Shown here: positions 59,978-64,000 of the stretch, one piece after another
Position numbering within the stretch: the first letter of the stretch is position 1
How the letters are laid out: each line of letters opens with the position of its first letter
Source: Dehalococcoidia bacterium
GTDB taxonomy: Bacteria; Chloroflexota; Dehalococcoidia; GIF9; UBA5629
Direction of reading: 5' to 3'
Assembly (NCBI GenBank): GCA_016930155.1
Contig: JAFGHL010000093.1
Location: 38,339 to 102,338 of the forward strand
Length of the DNA: 64,000 nucleotides
Translations under genes and position numbers: made by a program
The notes under the pieces: generated by a model
The model's input: the letters and a program-made list of their open reading frames with translations, nothing else
Database searches by the model: none
What the model was told of the DNA's origin: nothing

Positions 59978-62215
59978 TTAGTCATTCTTTAGACCAAACA
60001 GGCGCATCCCGAGTTCCTCGTCCAATCTATCAGGGTGCCCCTGGGGATGAGGGGGGTGCGCGAACGCGTCTTTATAGGTATTCCTTGCCAGCGTTTTACC
60101 TGCTACATCCTCAAGCTGCAATATCACATTATAATGCGCCTTCGCTTCCAGCTTAAAGGAAAAATCGCAAACTCTTATCGCGCTGTCGCTGCCGACATCG
60201 ATAGTCTTCGATCCCTCCATCAAACTATTCCCATCATCGTCGCACACAGTCCATTTCAGAACACATTTGGGGAAAGCCTGCAGCAGGTCGTTCACCACCC
60301 AGATGGCCACCGGTTCGATCTTATACTCCATAAAGACTCCAAGCGGTTGACTGCTTTCCTCGAATGCCCTGAGGCCTTCCTTGGGCAATCCCCACCAGTC
60401 ATATACACCGAAAAAGCTCTGCGGCAACATATCAGTGAACATAAACTGGAAATACCCGCCGCACGGGTTATATTTCTGCATTCGGTAGTGTTCAATAAAG
60501 TACTTTAACAGCCTGTACTGATAATACTGCAGCTCTTTTATGTATTCCCCTGGATTTTCCAACTTGATGAATTTTGCGAACGGTTTGGGCATTTTATAAA
60601 GATTTTCGATACATGCCGGCGCATCGAATCCGAACTCGATATTAAGTTTTTCAGTGGTGCCGAAAATATCGGTATAATGCGTTTCGGCCCCGTCCATCGA
60701 GCCATAATAGTTGTGGCTGTCGCCGCTTTCGGGATCATCGTCGTACCACGAACCTTTTATGTACGGCCGTGTGGGATCGAGTTTTTTGATCGCCTCTACA
60801 AGCTGCGGCCCGGGGATTACATTCATCAGCGAAACGGGCCTCTCCAGGTTGGGAAACATGCCTTTTCTAACCCCGATCATCCATACGTCCGGTTCATTTA
60901 TCACTCCCCAGCATATAATGGACGCATAGTTACGCAGGTTGACGATCATATCACCGACAACTTTGACCGCCCTGTCTTTGAATTCCTCGGTCGTGGGTAT
61001 AGCCCACCTAAGGTCTGAATCCTGCATTATAGCTATTCCCAGCTCATCGCACAGGTCATAAAGCTCAGGCCTGGCGACGTGGATATGAATCCTGATTGCA
61101 TTGCATCCCGCGTCCTTTATTGCTTTCAGATCACGCAGGTAATGCTCCCTGTTCACTCTCGAAATATATACGTCCGGAAAATATGTTGTCCCTCTAATAT
61201 ACAATTTATTTCCATTCAAAATGAACGCAACTTCTTTTTCGGTCCGTACAATACCTATTTCTCTGATGCCGAATCTATATTTCCGGCGCTCCAGACAGTT
61301 TTTTCCAGACCAAATCTCAATCACTGCACCATACAGATCGGGATTTCCCCGGTCCCAGGTATTCCAGAGCCTTGGATTTTCCAGGTTGATGCTGAGTTTA
61401 TGTTCGGATATACCTGGCCCCGGTTTAACCTGTTTTTCAACGGATTCCACCTGTAAACCCGTGGATTCATCCATAATTCTGCAGCGTAAGACCACGGAGC
61501 TATCCTTCTCCTGTGCCGTAATCGGGATATTAATATCTACTTTTGCCTGCCCTTTTTTACTCATGATTTGCGTTCGGATACAGGGCTTGTCATGAAAGCG
61601 TATTCCATCATGAGAAATCAGCTTCACTTCCCTCCAGATGCCCACCGGGTTGATGTCCCTCTGGATACATGCCAGGGTGTGTTCGTAAGTACCTTTGATC
61701 ATATTCCTGATAACCGTAAGCCCGTTGAAGTAAATCCCTAAATCCATTCCGCTATCGCGTACAATGAGAGTTTCCGTATCCCAGGGTGACCATACCCTGA
61801 CCACCAGCAAATTTACCCCATCGCGCTTCAAATAATCCCCGACCTCGAATTCAAATGGAGACGAATATCCCTCATGCTCACCCAGCAGATGACCGTTAAG
61901 CCAGACCCTGCAGTAATAATCCACACCTTCAAAACGAAGAACCGTGTACTTTCCATTCATATCTTCCGGCACGACGAATTCTTTTTTATACCACCATGGA
62001 GCATTATTGAACTGCCTCAGTTCCCTGCCGTAATTGGGATTGTTGGCGAAAAGCAATTGGAGATGCTCGAGGCGGTCAATAGGCTGCCAGGCCGAGAATC
62101 CCTGCATTACTCCTGAAACCGGGTCCCAATTCACCTGATGTGCGCCCAGTTTTTCGCCCATATCAAGAACATCCTGCAATACATACCATCCCCTGGCAAA
62201 ATTCAGCTCTTTCAT
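59978..62215 (-). CDS. Glycoside hydrolase family 2 (beta-mannosidase / exo-beta-glucosaminidase-like), with no signal peptide
   Basis: 745 aa. FEGVDYYCRVWLNGHLLGEHEGYSSPFEFEV (sugar-binding domain) and CNAIRIHIHVARPELYDLCDELGIAIMQD...WGVINEP (TIM barrel with the acid/base NE). Confidence 0.8.
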   Translation of the reverse strand: MKELNFARGWYVLQDVLDMGEKLGAHQVNWDPVSGVMQGFSAWQPIDRLEHLQLLFANNPNYGRELRQFNNAPWWYKKEFVVPEDMNGKYTVLRFEGVDYYCRVWLNGHLLGEHEGYSSPFEFEVGDYLKRDGVNLLVVRVWSPWDTETLIVRDSGMDLGIYFNGLTVIRNMIKGTYEHTLACIQRDINPVGIWREVKLISHDGIRFHDKPCIRTQIMSKKGQAKVDINIPITAQEKDSSVVLRCRIMDESTGLQVESVEKQVKPGPGISEHKLSINLENPRLWNTWDRGNPDLYGAVIEIWSGKNCLERRKYRFGIREIGIVRTEKEVAFILNGNKLYIRGTTYFPDVYISRVNREHYLRDLKAIKDAGCNAIRIHIHVARPELYDLCDELGIAIMQDSDLRWAIPTTEEFKDRAVKVVGDMIVNLRNYASIICWGVINEPDVWMIGVRKGMFPNLERPVSLMNVIPGPQLVEAIKKLDPTRPYIKGSWYDDDPESGDSHNYYGSMDGAETHYTDIFGTTEKLNIEFGFDAPACIENLYKMPKPFAKFIKLENPGEYIKELQYYQYRLLKYFIEHYRMQKYNPCGGYFQFMFTDMLPQSFFGVYDWWGLPKEGLRAFEESSQPLGVFMEYKIEPVAIWVVNDLLQAFPKCVLKWTVCDDDGNSLMEGSKTIDVGSDSAIRVCDFSFKLEAKAHYNVILQLEDVAGKTLARNTYKDAFAHPPHPQGHPDRLDEELGMRLFGLKND

Positions 62216-62480
62216 AACAATCCACCTCCAAATATTACGGCTCGTAGAATGAATCGTAATTTATACATGATATTGTTTCGAACGACTTAAATCCAGAATC
62301 TGTATTCTCGCACGTTTGTTCCTATGTATAAACTCAGTTATCTACCTCACTATTTTGAATGACCTGTGGTCAATAATGTTATGTACAACTCTAATTAAAA
62401 ATTCCGTATACCGGCGGCTTGACAGCCTCCAAAAAGACACAGGCGCACTACGATGATAAAATTGCTGTAAATTCAGTATA

Positions 62481-63176
62481 GTGGCAACGATAGGGACTTT
62501 GGGGGCAGCCGCTTTGAAAGAAGACCTGAAATTAAACGACTTTAGAAACATCTTTCTTGCTGGACGTGAAACGCTGACTGCCAACCGCAACTATCTGTGT
62601 GAACTCGATTCCGTGATAGGCGACGGCGATCACGGTATAACCATTTCCTCCGGATTCGAAAAGATCGTTAAAACAATCGAAGGCAGGGATTTCACCGATA
62701 GCGCCGAACTGCTTAAGGCCGCCGGGGCCAGCTTTATGTCCACGGTAGGCGGAACCACGGGCCCGATCTTCGGTTATCTTTTTATCGAAATGGGCAATAA
62801 ACTCAAGGAAATTTCAAAGGGAGAAACCATCACCGTCGGGACTGATGAGTTTTATATTATGGCTGAAGCGGCGATGGAGAAGATAATGAAGCTCGGGGGA
62901 GCCAAGCCGGGCGATAAAACCATGATCGATGCATTATATCCTGCTGTAAACTCTCTTCAGCAGTCCGTTAAAGAAAGACTGGCGTTAGGGCAAGCGTTCA
63001 GCTTGATGGCTGAGGCAGCTTTGTCAGGGGCGCAGTCCACTAAAAATCTAATAGCCGGTAAGGGCAGGGCAAGATATGCGGGGGAAAGAGCGATCGGTTA
63101 TCAAGATGCAGGCGCCACATCGCTGTACCTGATATTAAATGAATTCAATAAATATGTTAATAGCTTCTATTCATAA
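62481..63176 (+). CDS. dhaL: Dihydroxyacetone kinase, ADP-binding subunit DhaL
   Basis: LCELDSVIGDGDHGITISSGF and GGTTGPIFG. Non-ATG start (GTG 62481 or TTG 62514). Confidence 0.85.
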   Translation: MATIGTLGAAALKEDLKLNDFRNIFLAGRETLTANRNYLCELDSVIGDGDHGITISSGFEKIVKTIEGRDFTDSAELLKAAGASFMSTVGGTTGPIFGYLFIEMGNKLKEISKGETITVGTDEFYIMAEAAMEKIMKLGGAKPGDKTMIDALYPAVNSLQQSVKERLALGQAFSLMAEAALSGAQSTKNLIAGKGRARYAGERAIGYQDAGATSLYLILNEFNKYVNSFYS

Positions 63177-63193
63177 AAAAAAGAGGCGGAATA

Positions 63194-64000
63194 ATGGTTA
63201 AAAAACTTATAAATAATCCTGACAATATAGTTAATGAGCTCATAGAAGGTTTTGTACTGATCAATGCCTCCAAGGTCAAAAGAATAGGCAACTCAACGGC
63301 TGTAGCAAGGATAGACGCTCCGATTAAAGGCAAGGTCGGAATAGTCATCGGCGGGGGAGCCGGACACGAGCCATTATTTCTCGAATACATAGGAGAAGGA
63401 ATGGCCGACGCGGAGGCACACGGGCAGATATTCGCAGCGCCAGCTCCCGACATCGTAATGGATGCCATAAGGGCTGCCGACGGAGGCAGGGGCGTCATCC
63501 TGCTTTACAACAATTATGCCGGAGACGTACTGAACTTCGGCATTGCTCAGGATATGGCCAGGGAAGAAGGCATCGAAATTGAAACAGTACTTATAAATGA
63601 TGAGATCTCCTCGGCGCCGCTTGAAAGAATGGAAGACAGGAGAGGAACAACCTCTGACCATGTAATTATTAAAATCGCAGGCGCTGCTTCATCTGCCGGA
63701 TTGGATTTGCCGGGCCTGGTCAAGCTTCTCAGAAAAGCGATATTCAATTCACGTTCGTTGGGCGTTTCATTATCCGCATGCTCGCTTCCCCAGACAGGAC
63801 TGGCAACATTCTCACTGGAAGAGGGAAAAATCGAGTTCGGCATGGGACTTCATGGTGAAGCAGGAGTGAAGAAAGTCGATTATATGAGTGCCGATGCAAC
63901 AACAAAAACCATACTCGACTATTTGATCGATGATCTCCCATACAAATCGGGCGATGAGGTTATTGTCGTATTAAACGGCTACGGCTCCACCACCAGGATG
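63194..64000 (+). CDS. dhaK: Dihydroxyacetone kinase, dihydroxyacetone-binding subunit DhaK (5' partial, runs off the window)
   Basis: My own translation: MVKKLINNPDNIVNELIEGF...GGGAGHEPLF...NYAGDVLNF...GMGLHGEAG. Open to nt 64000. GAGG RBS. Confidence 0.85.
   Translation, partial: MVKKLINNPDNIVNELIEGFVLINASKVKRIGNSTAVARIDAPIKGKVGIVIGGGAGHEPLFLEYIGEGMADAEAHGQIFAAPAPDIVMDAIRAADGGRGVILLYNNYAGDVLNFGIAQDMAREEGIEIETVLINDEISSAPLERMEDRRGTTSDHVIIKIAGAASSAGLDLPGLVKLLRKAIFNSRSLGVSLSACSLPQTGLATFSLEEGKIEFGMGLHGEAGVKKVDYMSADATTKTILDYLIDDLPYKSGDEVIVVLNGYGSTTRM

Noticed and set aside
1-64000. A search by eye for tRNA/rRNA genes, CRISPR repeats, IS elements, integrases or phage genes.
   Set aside because: All intergenic gaps are under 370 nt. 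None shows cloverleaf-like or regularly spaced repeat structure, and no ORF resembles a transposase or integrase. A proper tRNAscan, Infernal or ISfinder run is still advisable.

Overview
The window is a 64-kb, gene-dense piece of chromosome, and the gene content points to a strict or facultative anaerobe. That content includes HdrD/GlcF-type CCG iron-sulfur proteins, the siroheme-dependent (Ahb) heme pathway, NifX/MinD-ferredoxin/IscU-like genes, LarBCE and FixX/FixC-like genes. Strong AGGAGG Shine-Dalgarno sites precede many genes. I cannot assign a taxon from sequence alone. By eye I found no rRNA, tRNA, CRISPR array, transposase, integrase or phage genes.

Layout:
- 0.1-6.4 kb: one GlcD-type flavoprotein plus four CCG Fe-S paralogs.
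- 6.4-17.5 kb: a large set of poorly characterised metal/Fe-S-cluster genes. These are DUF364, a ferredoxin, a CsoR/CstR-like repressor with a CoA-disulfide-reductase-like enzyme, DUF134, three DUF5320-like RG-rich proteins, two NifX-like proteins, two MinD-ferredoxin ATPases, FmdB, two IscU-like proteins and Mrp/NBP35. Two transcription units in this region carry the same perfect palindrome directly behind near-consensus promoters. I consider this the best candidate for an undescribed system.
- 17.6-26.1 kb: a TetR regulator, two cation/proton antiporters, and a trehalose cluster (otsA, otsB, an MscS fusion protein, treT).
- 26.4-29.3 kb: larC-larE-larB, with no larA.
- 29.4-36.6 kb: a BKACE-centred catabolic cluster with two transporters.
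- 36.7-47.3 kb: a regulator followed by a complete glutamyl-tRNA-to-heme operon using the alternative Ahb route.
- 47.3-64 kb: mixed housekeeping and accessory genes. These include RidA x2, TetR, a DEAD-box helicase, a PAS-GGDEF protein, PFK, GlpX, DedA, TrmH, a secreted RNase Sa-like toxin with barstar, FixX/FixC-like proteins, a GH2 hydrolase and DhaL/DhaK. One membrane protein here has 22 consecutive GX3 repeats.

Two gene relics and one unlisted 59-aa ORF were also found. All family calls come from motif recognition by eye and need HMM or BLAST confirmation.
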